A stretch of DNA of 49,927 nt from contig CAZSTT010000003.1 of assembly GCA_964609705.1 (NCBI GenBank), positions 1,354-51,280 on the forward strand. The letters run 5' to 3'. The notes beneath the pieces were generated by a model that saw only the letters and a list, made by a program, of their open reading frames with translations, did no database searches and was not told where the DNA came from. The DNA comes from an uncultured Thermodesulfobacteriota bacterium. Its GTDB lineage: Bacteria > Desulfobacterota > RBG-13-43-22. Shown piece by piece: positions 33,232-43,619 of the stretch. Positions within the stretch are counted from its first letter, which is position 1, and each line of letters begins with the position of its first letter. The translations under genes were made by a program, and so were the position numbers.

Positions 33232-34728
33232 ATGGAAGAAGAGAACCAGCTAAGACAACAGCGATTGAAAAAAACGGGGGAATTGAAAGCGCTGGGGATT
33301 GACCCCTACCCCAGTTATAACCAGCTTAGTCATAAAATTCAGGAAATCCACGACCAGTTTGGTTCCCTGGAGGGAACTCCCCCCGATGAATCAACACTAA
33401 TCGTTCGTACCGCGGGAAGATTAATGACCCAACGGGACTTTGGCAAAAGTATCTTTTTTCATATACAAGACGGGACGGGGCGTATTCAGGGATACCTGAA
33501 AAAGGACCTGATCGGGGAGGATCAGTTCTCCCTTTTTAAAAAAATCGACCTGGGTGATTTCCTGGGTCTGGAGGGCAGCCTTTTCAGGACCAAAACAGGG
33601 GAGTTGACCCTTCTGGCCACAAAAATTCAATTGTTATCAAAATCTTTACGTTCCTTGCCGGAAAAATTCCACGGTTTGATAGACGTGGAACAACGATATC
33701 GTCAGCGTTATTTGGACTTGTTGGTCAATCCCAAAGTCCGGGAAATTTTTCAGTTACGCTCTCAAATGATTCATTTGATCCGGAATTTTATGACTGAAAG
33801 AGGTTTTTTGGAAGTTGAGACCCCCATGATGCAACCCATTGCCGGCGGGGCTACGGCAAAACCCTTTGAAACTTTCCATAACGCCTTGAGTCTTCCACTT
33901 TTTTTAAGGGTTGCCCCAGAACTTTATTTGAAACGTCTAGTCATCGGGGGCGTGGATAAGGTTTTTGAGATAAACAGGAATTTTAGGAACGAAGGGATCT
34001 CCATCAAACATAACCCTGAATTTACTATGATTGAATTCTACCAGGCCTATGCCACATATCAGGATTTAATGGCTTTGACCGAAGAACTTTTTTCTTCCCT
34101 GGCTCAAAATATCAAGGGTAGTTTAACTTGGACCTACCAGGGAGAGTCTATTGATTTAACTCCTCCTTGGAGACGAATCCCTTTTCTCCAATCCCTGGTC
34201 GATATTGGAAATATTGATCCCGGGATTTTAAAAGATCCCCAGAGGGCCATCGAAATGGCCCGTTCCCTGGGGGCGGATCTAAAATCTGCCGACGGCCATG
34301 GTAAAGCCCTGACCAAAATATTTGAGCAGGTGGTGGAACCCAAATTGCGTCAGCCGACCTTTGTCATCGGCTACCCCATAGAAGTATCCCCTCTGGCCAA
34401 AAGAAGTCAGGAAGATCCGGAAATAACCGATCGCTTCGAAATGTTTATTTGCGGGCGTGAGATGGCTAACGGATTTACGGAACTCAATGACCCCTTGGAT
34501 CAAAAAGAGCGTTTTATCAATCAGATGAAGGCCAAAGAGGCAGGCGACGATGAAGCCCAGGACATCGATTGGGATTATTTGACGGCCCTGGAATACGGCT
34601 TGCCGCCGACCGCCGGGGAAGGGATCGGTATTGATCGGATGGTTATGCTATTCACTGATGCCCCTTCCATTCGGGAAGTGATTTTGTTCCCCCTCTTAAA
34701 ACCGGGCAAAGGTTTGGAGACAGGATGA
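33232..34728 (+). CDS. lysS: lysyl-tRNA synthetase, class II
   Basis: 498 aa with an N-terminal OB anticodon-binding domain and class II motifs ([32 protein letters not shown]). Confidence 0.96.
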   Translation: MEEENQLRQQRLKKTGELKALGIDPYPSYNQLSHKIQEIHDQFGSLEGTPPDESTLIVRTAGRLMTQRDFGKSIFFHIQDGTGRIQGYLKKDLIGEDQFSLFKKIDLGDFLGLEGSLFRTKTGELTLLATKIQLLSKSLRSLPEKFHGLIDVEQRYRQRYLDLLVNPKVREIFQLRSQMIHLIRNFMTERGFLEVETPMMQPIAGGATAKPFETFHNALSLPLFLRVAPELYLKRLVIGGVDKVFEINRNFRNEGISIKHNPEFTMIEFYQAYATYQDLMALTEELFSSLAQNIKGSLTWTYQGESIDLTPPWRRIPFLQSLVDIGNIDPGILKDPQRAIEMARSLGADLKSADGHGKALTKIFEQVVEPKLRQPTFVIGYPIEVSPLAKRSQEDPEITDRFEMFICGREMANGFTELNDPLDQKERFINQMKAKEAGDDEAQDIDWDYLTALEYGLPPTAGEGIGIDRMVMLFTDAPSIREVILFPLLKPGKGLETG

Positions 34729-34749
34729 TTGTTATACTCGTTATGGGTG

Positions 34750-34818
34750 GCTGGTTAATAAGTAATATCCTGCTTTGATATAACGAGTAACCAGCAACAA
34801 GGAACGAGCAACCGATAG
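34750..34818. repeat. heptanucleotide array with inverted arm (CGAGTAA CCAGCAA ...)
   Basis: GCTGGTTA (34750-34757) is complementary to TAACCAGC (34788-34795). Heptamers CGAGTAA CCAGCAA CAAGGAA CGAGCAA CCGATAG (34784-34818). The 18-mer ACGAGTAACCAGCAACAA is identical to 3106-3123. Confidence 0.8.
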
Positions 34819-34828
34819 AAAGTTTTTC

Positions 34829-36076
34829 ATGTCTTTTGAATTTTTTGTCAGTTATCGCTATCTGAAGGCCAAAAGGAAACAGACTTTTATTTCCATCATT
34901 ACCTTTATTTCCATGGGCGGAGTCGCCTTGGGGGTTATGGCCCTGATTGTTGTGATAGCAGTTATGAGCGGTTTTGAAAATGACTTGAAAAATAAAATCC
35001 TGGGTCTGAATTCCCATGCCCTGGTATTAAGCTATGACAATGCCATAGAGAATTATACTCAGGTGGCTCAGCGTGTGGAATCGGTTCCCGGGGTTACCGG
35101 GGCTACTCCCTTCATCCTGACCCAGGTCATGTTGAGTACCAAAGGTCAAGTGACCGGGGCTGTTCTTAGGGGGGTCGATATTCAGAGCGCCCCCAAGGTG
35201 ATTTCCCTGGATCGGATATTGAAAAAAGGGAGCTGGCAAGCATTGGAAGGCCCTCCTCTGGCTGAAGGCCAAAAAGACCAGGAATTGGGGGGGATCGTTT
35301 TAGGCCAAGAGTTGGCCAGGAGCCTGGGTCTTTCTTTAAACGATACCCTATCCATCATTTCACCCTTGGGGGAAATGACTCCCTTGGGGAGAGTTCCCAA
35401 GATGAGACCTTTCCGGCTGGTAGGAATTTTTGAGTCGGGGATGTTCGAATACGATTCCACTATAGCTTTTATTGCGCTTTCCCAAGCCCAGTCTTTTCTG
35501 ACCCTTGGGAATAAGGTTACTGGTCTGGAAGTCAAAACGCGGGATATTTATAAGGCCGATGGGATTGCCCGGGCTATCCAGACTAAACTAGGATTCCCCT
35601 ATTGGACCAAAGATTGGATGCGGATGAACAAGAACCTGTTCTCCGCTTTGAAATTGGAAAAGTTGGTCATGTTCATCATCCTGGCCCTGATTATCCTGGT
35701 GGCGGCCTTTAACATCGTGGCCTCTTTGATCATGGTCGTTATGGAAAAAACAAAAGATATCGCCATCCTAAAATCCATGGGGGCCACCGCCACAAGTATC
35801 ATGAAGATCTTTATCCTGGAAGGGGTTATTATAGGAACGGTGGGTACAGCGCTGGGACTGGTGGGCGGGTTGGGTTTGTGTCGGATTCTTGAAAAATATC
35901 AATTTATCAAGCTGCCCAGTGATGTCTATTATATCTCTTCTCTCCCGGTATTGATGAAGGCGGGGGACATCCTTCTGATCGTGGTTTCGGCCTTGGGGAT
36001 TAGTTTGATTGCCACCTTATATCCGGCCTGGCAGGCCTCCCGTCTTGACCCAGCCGAAGCCATAAGGTATGAATAG
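34829..36076 (+). CDS. lolE: lipoprotein-releasing system permease LolC/LolE
   Basis: MSFEFFVSYRYLKAKRKQTFIS is the classic LolC/E N-terminus, followed by MacB-like periplasmic and FtsX domains. lolD lies immediately downstream. Confidence 0.9.
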   Translation: MSFEFFVSYRYLKAKRKQTFISIITFISMGGVALGVMALIVVIAVMSGFENDLKNKILGLNSHALVLSYDNAIENYTQVAQRVESVPGVTGATPFILTQVMLSTKGQVTGAVLRGVDIQSAPKVISLDRILKKGSWQALEGPPLAEGQKDQELGGIVLGQELARSLGLSLNDTLSIISPLGEMTPLGRVPKMRPFRLVGIFESGMFEYDSTIAFIALSQAQSFLTLGNKVTGLEVKTRDIYKADGIARAIQTKLGFPYWTKDWMRMNKNLFSALKLEKLVMFIILALIILVAAFNIVASLIMVVMEKTKDIAILKSMGATATSIMKIFILEGVIIGTVGTALGLVGGLGLCRILEKYQFIKLPSDVYYISSLPVLMKAGDILLIVVSALGISLIATLYPAWQASRLDPAEAIRYE

Positions 36077-36085
36077 GCCAAGTTA

Positions 36086-36775
36086 ATGTCCCAACCCTTG
36101 ATCAAGATCAAGAATTTAGAAAAGTTCTTTGTCAACAACCAGCATCGTGTGGAGGTGCTTAAAAATCTTGATCTGGAACTCTATCAACTGGATACCCTGG
36201 CAGTGGTAGGGGCCTCGGGAACCGGGAAATCAACGTTGTTGCATATTCTAGGAACCCTGGATCGGCCTTCCGGAGGTCAGGTCCTGTTTGAAGGGCAAAA
36301 TATATTTGAACAGTCGGCAAAAGACCTGGCCCGATTTCGTAATCAGAAGATCGGATTTGTTTTCCAGTTTCACCATTTACTGCCTGAATTCACGGCGCTG
36401 GAAAACACCATGATGCCTTTATTGATAGCCGGGGAGGGCAATCGGGAAGCCCGGGAACGAGCTGAAGAAATTTTGTCCCAACTGGGTCTTAAAGATCGTT
36501 TGCATCACCGGATCGGAGAGCTGTCGGGCGGGGAACAGCAACGGGTCGCCATTGCCCGGGCTTTGATACGGGCTCCCCAATTGATTCTCGCCGATGAACC
36601 GACGGGAAACCTGGATCGAAAAACCGGTACCCAGATCATCGACCTATTTAATCGACTCAACCAGGAAAAAGGGGTGACCTTCTTGATGGTTACTCATAAT
36701 CAGGAATTGTCCGGACGATTCAAGAGAAATGTGGAAATTATTGAAGGCAAGGCCGTAGAAATGGCTGTCGGCTAG
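36086..36775 (+). CDS. lolD: lipoprotein-releasing system ATP-binding protein LolD
   Basis: Walker A GASGTGKST, signature LSGGEQQRV, Walker B LILADEPTGNLD. Confidence 0.92.
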   Translation: MSQPLIKIKNLEKFFVNNQHRVEVLKNLDLELYQLDTLAVVGASGTGKSTLLHILGTLDRPSGGQVLFEGQNIFEQSAKDLARFRNQKIGFVFQFHHLLPEFTALENTMMPLLIAGEGNREARERAEEILSQLGLKDRLHHRIGELSGGEQQRVAIARALIRAPQLILADEPTGNLDRKTGTQIIDLFNRLNQEKGVTFLMVTHNQELSGRFKRNVEIIEGKAVEMAVG

Positions 36776-36885
36776 ACTCAGATGTTTAATTTTGGAACCC
36801 GGGAGCCTCAGGCAACATGAGGACAATCCCTAACAGGAATTTGAGGCTTTTTCCCGGAGTATGAATCCTGACTTCTGAAAAAAAG

Positions 36886-36985
36886 GTACCGGCATCCGAA
36901 TGGATGATTTCTTTTAGTTCGACAAAGTCGAACGGCCGACCGGATCATGGTGTCACGCCACCAAAAGCGTGGCCTGACGGTTTAG
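36886..36985 (+). repeat. modular multi-hairpin intergenic repeat, copy E (M2, M3, M4)
   Basis: GGCATCCGAATGGATG (36891-36906). GTTCGAC-aaa-GTCGAAC (36917-36933). GGCCGACCGGATCATG, then GTCAcGCCAC-caaaagc-GTGGCcTGAC (36952-36978). Confidence 0.85.
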
Positions 36986-37036
36986 CGAGAGATAGATTCT
37001 CAGAATTCAAAATCTAAGAATCAAAAGGGAGTGTCT

Positions 37037-39694
37037 ATGCCGAAGAAAATCATTTTGATCCTCATGGTTTTTTTTATGGTTCAGTTTCTTACAAGGTCGC
37101 AACTTCATGGGGCCGATTCGAAGGGTAAGGTTGCCTTGATGCCTTTTGCCATACACAGTCAAACAAACTTGTCCTATCTGCAGAAAAATATTTTGGAGGC
37201 CCTGTCCGACAGCTTACATAAACAGAATATCACGGTTCTTCCCCTTTCCAAAACCCAACCCTGGCAGACCCAAAAGGTCCCCACGGATTGGAAGGAACTT
37301 CGAACGATTGGAAAACAACTGGAGGTAGACTTTCTGATCTTTGGCAGTCTGACCAAAATCGGCCAACGGATGAATCTGACCGGAAATCTCCTGGACCTCA
37401 CGACCGAAAAGCCCCCCTTGACCTTTTCCTTGACGGATGAAGGGCTGGAAAATATTCTGAGGTTGATAGAACGGTTTTCAAAGGAAGTGGGCTCAAGGAT
37501 TTCGAGGCAGGAAAAAATCATCGGGATTTCCATTAAGGGGAACCAAAGGATTGAGACTCAGACCATTGAAAAAGAACTGAAATCAAAGTCCGGCGAACCC
37601 TACATCCCTGAATTCCTGGATCAGGATCTCCGGGCTATTTTCAAGATGGGATTTTTTTCCGATGTCCGTTTGGAAGTGAATGAAAATCCGCAAGGGAAAT
37701 TGATTACCTTCGTGGTTGTGGAGCGCCCTTTTGTAAAACGGGTCGATCTCAGTGGCAATAAAGAAATGAAAGAGGAAGAACTCAAAGAACAGGTCACCAT
37801 CAAATCCTATACAATTTTAAATTTGAACACGGTTAATGAAACCCAGGAGAAGTTGACGGCCTTTTACCAGTCTAAAGGATATTACAATATTCGGATTAAC
37901 TATTCGGTCACCTATGAGGACCAAGGACAGGCGGCTGTGGTCGTTTTCAATATCGTAGAGGGGAAAAAGGTCTATATCAAAACCATAACCTTGCAAGGGA
38001 ATAAAGGATTTCCCGAGAAACAACTGAAATCCATTATGGATACCAATGAGAAAGGGTATTTTTCCTGGTTCACCTCCTCCGGGGTTTATAAGAAGGAACT
38101 CCTGGAACAGGATCTGGAAAAAATAGCTTCCTTTTATTACAACCATGGATATTTGAAAGCCAAAGTGGGAGAACCGAACATACGGCATGAAGGAGATTGG
38201 CTGTTTGTAACTATTTCTATCGATGAAGGGCAGCCCTATATAATGGGGCAGGTGACCATTCGGGGTGATTTAATTCAATCTCAGGAAAAAATGATGGCCG
38301 TCCTGGCCATCACCAAGGAGAAATTTTATAATCGAGAGGTGATTCGCAAAGACATTTTAATGCTGAATGATCTTTATTCCTATGAAGGGTTTGCTTTTGT
38401 CGAAATCAATCCCCAAATCCAGGAGGATCCCGTCGCTCTCAGGGTCGATCTCGTTTATGAGATCAGGAAAGGGGCCAAGGTTTATTTTGAACGCATCGAT
38501 ATCGTCGGGAATGTGAAAACCCGGGACAAGGTCATTCGCCGGGAATTCGGTGTGGCCGAACAAGGTCTCTTTGACGCCAAAGCCCTTAGAAAAAGTAATC
38601 AAAATCTTCATCGACTTGATTATTTTGAAGAAATCAATCTCTCGACTTCCCCCGGGACTCAGGAGGATCGTATGAAATTGAAGGTGGAGGTCAAGGAAAA
38701 GATGACCGGCTCCTTCTCTCTGGGAGCGGGCTATAGTGCCGTTGAAAATTTTATGGTCATGGGCCAGATTTCTGAAAGAAATCTTTTCGGCAGAGGGCAG
38801 CGTTTAAGTTTGGATGCCCAATTGGGGGGAGTGACCACCCGTTATAACCTGGGGTTTTTCGAACCTTGGCTTTTTAATACCCGGATTTCCAGTGAGACCA
38901 ATATCTATAATTGGACCCATATCTATGAAGAATATTCCAAAGAAAGTATCGGCGGATCGTTGGGTTTCGGCTATCCCATCCTGGCCGAAGACACCCGGGC
39001 TTTTATTGCCTATGCCTACGATGACGCCAACGTGACCGATGTCATCGATAGCGCCGCTCAGATTATTCAAGATATGAAAGGCCGCCATCAAACAAGCAGT
39101 GTCCGACTAACCCTTCGCAGGGATACTCGAGATCAGATCTTTAATACCACCAAAGGATCGGTAAACAGTGCTTCTGTGGAATTTGCCGGCGGCCCGCTGG
39201 GAGGGACCAATTATTTTACCCGCTATCTGGCCAGTTCGGGTTGGCACATCCCTTTCTTTAAGCAGACCACTTTTTTTGTTAACGGAAAATGGGGATATAT
39301 CACCCAGAATCCGGGGGGGGACTTGCCTTTATATGAAAAATTTTATTTGGGCGGCATCAACTCCATTCGAGGCTTTAAATACGGAGATATCAGCCCCAAG
39401 GACCTGGCGACCGGCCAAAGTATCGGCGGTGAGCAGATGGTGCAATTCAATCTGGAATTTATTTTCCCCTTGATCGAAAAAGCCGGACTAAAAGGTCTGA
39501 TATTTTTTGATGCCGGCAATGTCTTTACCAAAGACCAGTCAATAGATTTAGGGTCCTTACGAAAAAGTGTGGGGGGTGGGATCCGTTGGTATTCACCCAT
39601 GGGGCCCCTCCGTCTGGAATGGGGTTGGAACTTTGAGCCCAAAGCCGGGGAAAACGGCAGTAACTGGGAATTCACCATAGGGACTTTTTTTTAG
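37037..39694 (+). CDS. bamA: outer membrane protein assembly factor BamA (with an extra N-terminal domain)
   Basis: Signal peptide, POTRA repeats starting around residue 160 (IIGISIKGNQRIETQTI...), and a C-terminal Omp85 barrel ending ...NWEFTIGTFF. The ATG at 37037 follows AAGGGAG. Confidence 0.93.
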   Translation: MPKKIILILMVFFMVQFLTRSQLHGADSKGKVALMPFAIHSQTNLSYLQKNILEALSDSLHKQNITVLPLSKTQPWQTQKVPTDWKELRTIGKQLEVDFLIFGSLTKIGQRMNLTGNLLDLTTEKPPLTFSLTDEGLENILRLIERFSKEVGSRISRQEKIIGISIKGNQRIETQTIEKELKSKSGEPYIPEFLDQDLRAIFKMGFFSDVRLEVNENPQGKLITFVVVERPFVKRVDLSGNKEMKEEELKEQVTIKSYTILNLNTVNETQEKLTAFYQSKGYYNIRINYSVTYEDQGQAAVVVFNIVEGKKVYIKTITLQGNKGFPEKQLKSIMDTNEKGYFSWFTSSGVYKKELLEQDLEKIASFYYNHGYLKAKVGEPNIRHEGDWLFVTISIDEGQPYIMGQVTIRGDLIQSQEKMMAVLAITKEKFYNREVIRKDILMLNDLYSYEGFAFVEINPQIQEDPVALRVDLVYEIRKGAKVYFERIDIVGNVKTRDKVIRREFGVAEQGLFDAKALRKSNQNLHRLDYFEEINLSTSPGTQEDRMKLKVEVKEKMTGSFSLGAGYSAVENFMVMGQISERNLFGRGQRLSLDAQLGGVTTRYNLGFFEPWLFNTRISSETNIYNWTHIYEEYSKESIGGSLGFGYPILAEDTRAFIAYAYDDANVTDVIDSAAQIIQDMKGRHQTSSVRLTLRRDTRDQIFNTTKGSVNSASVEFAGGPLGGTNYFTRYLASSGWHIPFFKQTTFFVNGKWGYITQNPGGDLPLYEKFYLGGINSIRGFKYGDISPKDLATGQSIGGEQMVQFNLEFIFPLIEKAGLKGLIFFDAGNVFTKDQSIDLGSLRKSVGGGIRWYSPMGPLRLEWGWNFEPKAGENGSNWEFTIGTFF

Positions 39695-39833
39695 ATTCTG
39701 ACCCCTTAAGCTTGAGAATTATACCCTGACCGAATAACGGTTCCAGCTTCCGGGTTCCGAATTATTAATAATCTTTAATCTATAATCTATAAATTTAAGG
39801 ACTTTTTAAATTATTTTCAGTTAGGAGATGGAC

Positions 39834-40376
39834 ATGGGTAAAATTTTTTCAACCAGGGCTATTTTTTTAATAGGGCTCGTTTTTCTTTGGACCGCCCCTT
39901 CCTGGGCCGTTGAAGCCCTTAGAATCGGGGTCATTGATTTGCAGAAGTGTATCCAGCAATCCGAGGCTGGTAAAAAAGCATCCAAGGGATTGCAAGAAAA
40001 AGCCGATCGGATCAAAAAAGAGTTAGAGGTTAAACGGGATGAACTTAAAAAGCTGAGCGATGAATTCAATAAAAAAAGCAACGTTCTGAGCGTCGATGCT
40101 AAGAAAGAAAAAGAAAAAGAACTGATCCGAAAAGACGAAGATTTGAGAGAGTTGGTTCGAAAAAAAGAGGGAGAAATGCAAAAGGATGAATATACCGCTA
40201 TGCAGCCTCTTTTAAACGAATTGTTTGAGATGACCAAAAAACTGGCTAAAGATGAAGGATATACCCTGATCCTGGAATCCAAGAGCGGGGTGGTTCATTT
40301 CAGTAAACCGGTCGAGGATATTACCGAAAAAGTCATTAAACTCGCCAACGAACCCAAAAAGGAAAAGAAAAAATAG
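39834..40376 (+). CDS. skp: periplasmic chaperone Skp/OmpH
   Basis: Signal peptide plus a Lys/Glu-rich coiled-coil of ~180 aa, in the conserved bamA-skp-lpxD position. The ATG at 39834 is 6 nt from AGGAG. Confidence 0.85.
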   Translation: MGKIFSTRAIFLIGLVFLWTAPSWAVEALRIGVIDLQKCIQQSEAGKKASKGLQEKADRIKKELEVKRDELKKLSDEFNKKSNVLSVDAKKEKEKELIRKDEDLRELVRKKEGEMQKDEYTAMQPLLNELFEMTKKLAKDEGYTLILESKSGVVHFSKPVEDITEKVIKLANEPKKEKKK

Positions 40377-40378
40377 GC

Positions 40379-41470
40379 ATGAAAACACCGGCCTTAACAT
40401 CCTCTTCAGGGGTGACTTTGGAGGAACTGGCCCGGTTGGTCGGCGGAGAGGTTCGGGGGGGCGGTGAGGAAATGTTTTTCGGAATTGCCGGGATCCGGGA
40501 GGCTCGAAAAGGTCAAATCACCTTTATGGTTGATCCCAAATATGCGAAAGACCTGGTAACGACCGAGGCTTCGGCCGTCATTGTCGGATCGCAGGTACCG
40601 CAAACCTCTAAACCTTTACTGATAACCTCCAATCCTTTCCTGGCCTATGCCAGGATTGCCCAGTTTTTCGCACCCCAACCCAGGCACCCACTGGGTATCA
40701 GTTCATTGACCCATCGCGGAGAGGAGTGCCGCATCGGGGAAAAGGTTTCCATTTATCCCTTGGTCTATCTGGGTAACCGGGTGGTCATTGAAGAGGGGGT
40801 CACCTTGTATCCGGGGGTCTATGTGGGAGATTCGGTACGGATCGGGAAGGATTCCATTGTTTATCCCAATGTTTCCATCCTGTCGGGGACGATCATCGGG
40901 CAACGGGTCATCATTCACAGTGGAACAGTGATCGGCAGTGACGGCTTTGGTTTTATACCGGACGGGTTGAGCCAGGTCAAGATTCCTCAAACGGGGATCG
41001 TTCAGATTGACGATGACTGTGAGATCGGGGCCAACAACACCATCGATCGGGCAACCTTCGGCAAGACCTGGATCAAGACCGGGGTCAAAACAGACAATCA
41101 GGTCCATGTGGCCCACAATGTGGTGGTCGGCGAACATTCACTTTTGATAGCCCAGGTAGGCATTTCCGGCAGTGTTACCATCGGCCAAGGGGTCATACTG
41201 GCCGGCCAGGTGGGGGTTGCCGGACATCTTACCATCGGGGATGGGGTGAAAGTGGGAGGGAAATCAGGGGTGGTTAAATCCATCCCGGCCGGTGAGATCG
41301 TTTCCGGCAACCCGACCATGCCCCATCAGACCTATTTGCGTGTCAGTTCTCTTATCAAACGATTGCCTGAGATGGCCCAAAAAATAAAAGCTTTGGAAGA
41401 GCGGGTTCGTCTCTTGGAAAGCGAGATCAACAAGGAGAGGAAGGAAGGCCATGGAACTAAATCAGGTTGA
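40379..41470 (+). CDS. lpxD: UDP-3-O-acylglucosamine N-acyltransferase
   Basis: 363 aa: an N-terminal uridine-binding domain, hexapeptide (left-handed beta-helix) repeats and a C-terminal helical extension. Conserved context. Confidence 0.94.
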   Translation: MKTPALTSSSGVTLEELARLVGGEVRGGGEEMFFGIAGIREARKGQITFMVDPKYAKDLVTTEASAVIVGSQVPQTSKPLLITSNPFLAYARIAQFFAPQPRHPLGISSLTHRGEECRIGEKVSIYPLVYLGNRVVIEEGVTLYPGVYVGDSVRIGKDSIVYPNVSILSGTIIGQRVIIHSGTVIGSDGFGFIPDGLSQVKIPQTGIVQIDDDCEIGANNTIDRATFGKTWIKTGVKTDNQVHVAHNVVVGEHSLLIAQVGISGSVTIGQGVILAGQVGVAGHLTIGDGVKVGGKSGVVKSIPAGEIVSGNPTMPHQTYLRVSSLIKRLPEMAQKIKALEERVRLLESEINKERKEGHGTKSG

Positions 41471-41915
41471 AATCCAAAAGATTCTGCCTCATCGATATCC
41501 CTTTTTATTATTGGACCGCATACTGGAACTGCATTTGAACGAAAAGGTGATCGGTTTAAAAAATGTGACGGTCAATGAGCCTTTTTTTCAAGGCCACTTT
41601 CCTGGAAATCCGATCATGCCCGGGGTTTTAATCGTGGAAGCCATGGCCCAGGCCGGAGGGATCCTGGCTTTTAAATCCAATCCCCAACACATTGGAAAAA
41701 GTCTAATCTATTTTTTAGCTATCGACAAAGTCAAATTCAGAAAACCGGTCGTTCCAGGAGATCAATTGATTTTGGAATTGGTTGCCTTGCGCCGGGGAGC
41801 CAGAGTCTGGAAGATGCAGGGCAAGGCCTTTGTCCGGGAAATCCTGGTAGCCGAGGCGGAACTGACGGCCAGTATTTCCAGTGAAAAAGAGACACCGGCA
41901 GGAGAGGAGACTTAA
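41451..41915 (+). CDS. fabZ: 3-hydroxyacyl-ACP dehydratase FabZ
   Basis: [14 protein letters not shown]...[23 protein letters not shown] is canonical FabZ. Confidence 0.95.
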   Translation: MELNQVEIQKILPHRYPFLLLDRILELHLNEKVIGLKNVTVNEPFFQGHFPGNPIMPGVLIVEAMAQAGGILAFKSNPQHIGKSLIYFLAIDKVKFRKPVVPGDQLILELVALRRGARVWKMQGKAFVREILVAEAELTASISSEKETPAGEET

Positions 41916-42700
41916 TGTCCACACACACCATCCATCCAACAGCCATCATAGGTCCTCAAACCGAGATAGGAGACAATGTCAGCATTGGCCCCTACACGAT
42001 CATTGAGGAAGAGGTCTTTATCGATTCCGGGACTCAGATCGGCGCTCATGTCTATATAGACCGTTATACCCATATCGGGAAAAACTGCCGGATAGCTCCC
42101 TTTGCGGCCATTGGAACTCCGCCTCAGGATAAAAGATATCAAGGGGAAAAAACAGAAGTCATTATCGGCGATGAAAATGTGATTCGGGAATACGTCACCA
42201 TTAATCGAGGCACCATTGCCGGGAGGGGAAAGACCCAGATCGGCAATCAGAATCTGCTGATGGCCTACTGTCACGTAGCTCATGATTGCCAGGTTGGGGA
42301 TGGGGTGGTCATGGCCAATGTGGCGACCTTGGCCGGTCATGTGACCATCGGGGATTATGCCAACCTCGGTGGGCTGGCCGCTGTACAGCAATTTACCCGG
42401 GTGGGGGCCTATTCCTTTATCGGGGGGAAAAGTGCGGTGGTCCAGGATATCCCCCCTTATGTCATCGCCGCCGGGGACCGGGCCAAACTGTTCGGCTTGA
42501 ACATCGTTGGTCTGAAACGGCATGAGTTTTCCAACGAAGTCATTGCCGCCCTGAAGAAGGCTTATCAGATCGTCATACGTTCACACCTGACCACTCAGGA
42601 GGCCATTATCCGGGTGGAAAAAGAAGTTTCCTCTTTTCCTGAATTGACCCTGTTTCTGGATTTTATTCGCACCTCGCAACGAGGGGTCCCGCGAAGATGA
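41915..42700 (+). CDS. lpxA: acyl-ACP--UDP-N-acetylglucosamine O-acyltransferase
   Basis: IHPTAII hexapeptide repeats over a 261-aa length, in the conserved fabZ-lpxA order. Confidence 0.95.
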   Translation: MSTHTIHPTAIIGPQTEIGDNVSIGPYTIIEEEVFIDSGTQIGAHVYIDRYTHIGKNCRIAPFAAIGTPPQDKRYQGEKTEVIIGDENVIREYVTINRGTIAGRGKTQIGNQNLLMAYCHVAHDCQVGDGVVMANVATLAGHVTIGDYANLGGLAAVQQFTRVGAYSFIGGKSAVVQDIPPYVIAAGDRAKLFGLNIVGLKRHEFSNEVIAALKKAYQIVIRSHLTTQEAIIRVEKEVSSFPELTLFLDFIRTSQRGVPRR

Positions 42701-43506
42701 CCGATGCTCCTCCTCTGGGTTTAATCGCCGGGAACGGGGATTTTCCTCTGTTGATTGCCAAAGCGGTGCAAGAGATGGGGAAAAAGATAGTGGCCGCCGC
42801 CCACCGGGGAGAAACCCGGAGGGAACTGCATTTCCTGGTGGAAAAGATTTGTTGGATCCGCTTGGGTGAATTCGGGAAACTGGTTCGGTTCTTTAAAGAG
42901 CAGGGGGTGAAAGAAGTCCTGATGGCCGGGGGGGTCGATAAAAAAAAGATGTTCTCCAAAGCTCGGCCGGACCGGGAAGGACTTTCACTCCTGGACCAAA
43001 TGGGACATCGAAAAGATGACTTTGTTTTGAGAATGTTTGCCGACCAATTAGCCAAAGAAGGATTTCAAGTTCACCCTTCTACGGTCTTTCTCCCTTCTCT
43101 GTTAGCCCCTCCGGGAGTTTTAACCCAGCGGGAACCTACCCCCGAGGAAGACCAGGATATCGAGTTCGGATGGCCCCTGGCCAAAGAACTGGGAAAACTG
43201 GATATCGGACAGTGCCTGGTGGTTCGAAACGGGGCTGTAGTGGCCGTAGAAGCCATTGAAGGGACGGATGAGACTATTCGGCGGGGAGGAAGACTGGCCC
43301 TCCGGAAGGCGGTGGTCATTAAGGTCAGCAAACCTTTTCAGGACCTTCGTTTTGATCTTCCGGCCGTCGGAGAACAGACGATTCGGACCATGCACGAGGT
43401 AAAAGCCGGGGTTTTGGCAATCGAGGCCCATAAAACGATTATCTTCAACCGGGAGGCCACCATTCGTCTGGCGAATAAATATCGGATGGTTATTGTTTCG
43501 AGGTAG
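42697..43506 (+). CDS. lpxI: UDP-2,3-diacylglucosamine pyrophosphatase LpxI (DUF1009)
   Basis: LGLIAGNGDFPLLIA N-terminus and the IEAIEGTDETIRRGG motif are typical of LpxI. It lies between lpxA and lpxB. Confidence 0.85.
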   Translation: MTDAPPLGLIAGNGDFPLLIAKAVQEMGKKIVAAAHRGETRRELHFLVEKICWIRLGEFGKLVRFFKEQGVKEVLMAGGVDKKKMFSKARPDREGLSLLDQMGHRKDDFVLRMFADQLAKEGFQVHPSTVFLPSLLAPPGVLTQREPTPEEDQDIEFGWPLAKELGKLDIGQCLVVRNGAVVAVEAIEGTDETIRRGGRLALRKAVVIKVSKPFQDLRFDLPAVGEQTIRTMHEVKAGVLAIEAHKTIIFNREATIRLANKYRMVIVSR

Positions 43507-43521
43507 GGTATTAGAAAAAAC

Positions 43522-43549
43522 GTTGGTCGTTGGGTGTTCGTTTTTCGTC
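43522..43549. repeat. heptanucleotide tandem repeat (GTTGGNC-like x4)
   Basis: GTTGGTC GTTGGGT GTTCGTT TTTCGTC in the lpxI-oxidoreductase spacer. TCGTTGGGTGTTCGTT differs from 13307-13322 by one base. Confidence 0.75.
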
Positions 43550-43619
43550 GAAACGGAGTTTCGTGTTTCTTCGCTTCAAGGTCTGGAATCTTGCCCGACC
43601 GATAGGTGGAAAAAATCGA

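Noticed and set aside
40703-42523. Long antisense ORFs (144 and 203 aa) opposite lpxD and lpxA.
   Set aside because: Hexapeptide-repeat genes characteristically generate open antisense frames. The translations are Gly/Asp/Pro-rich mirror images without start signals.
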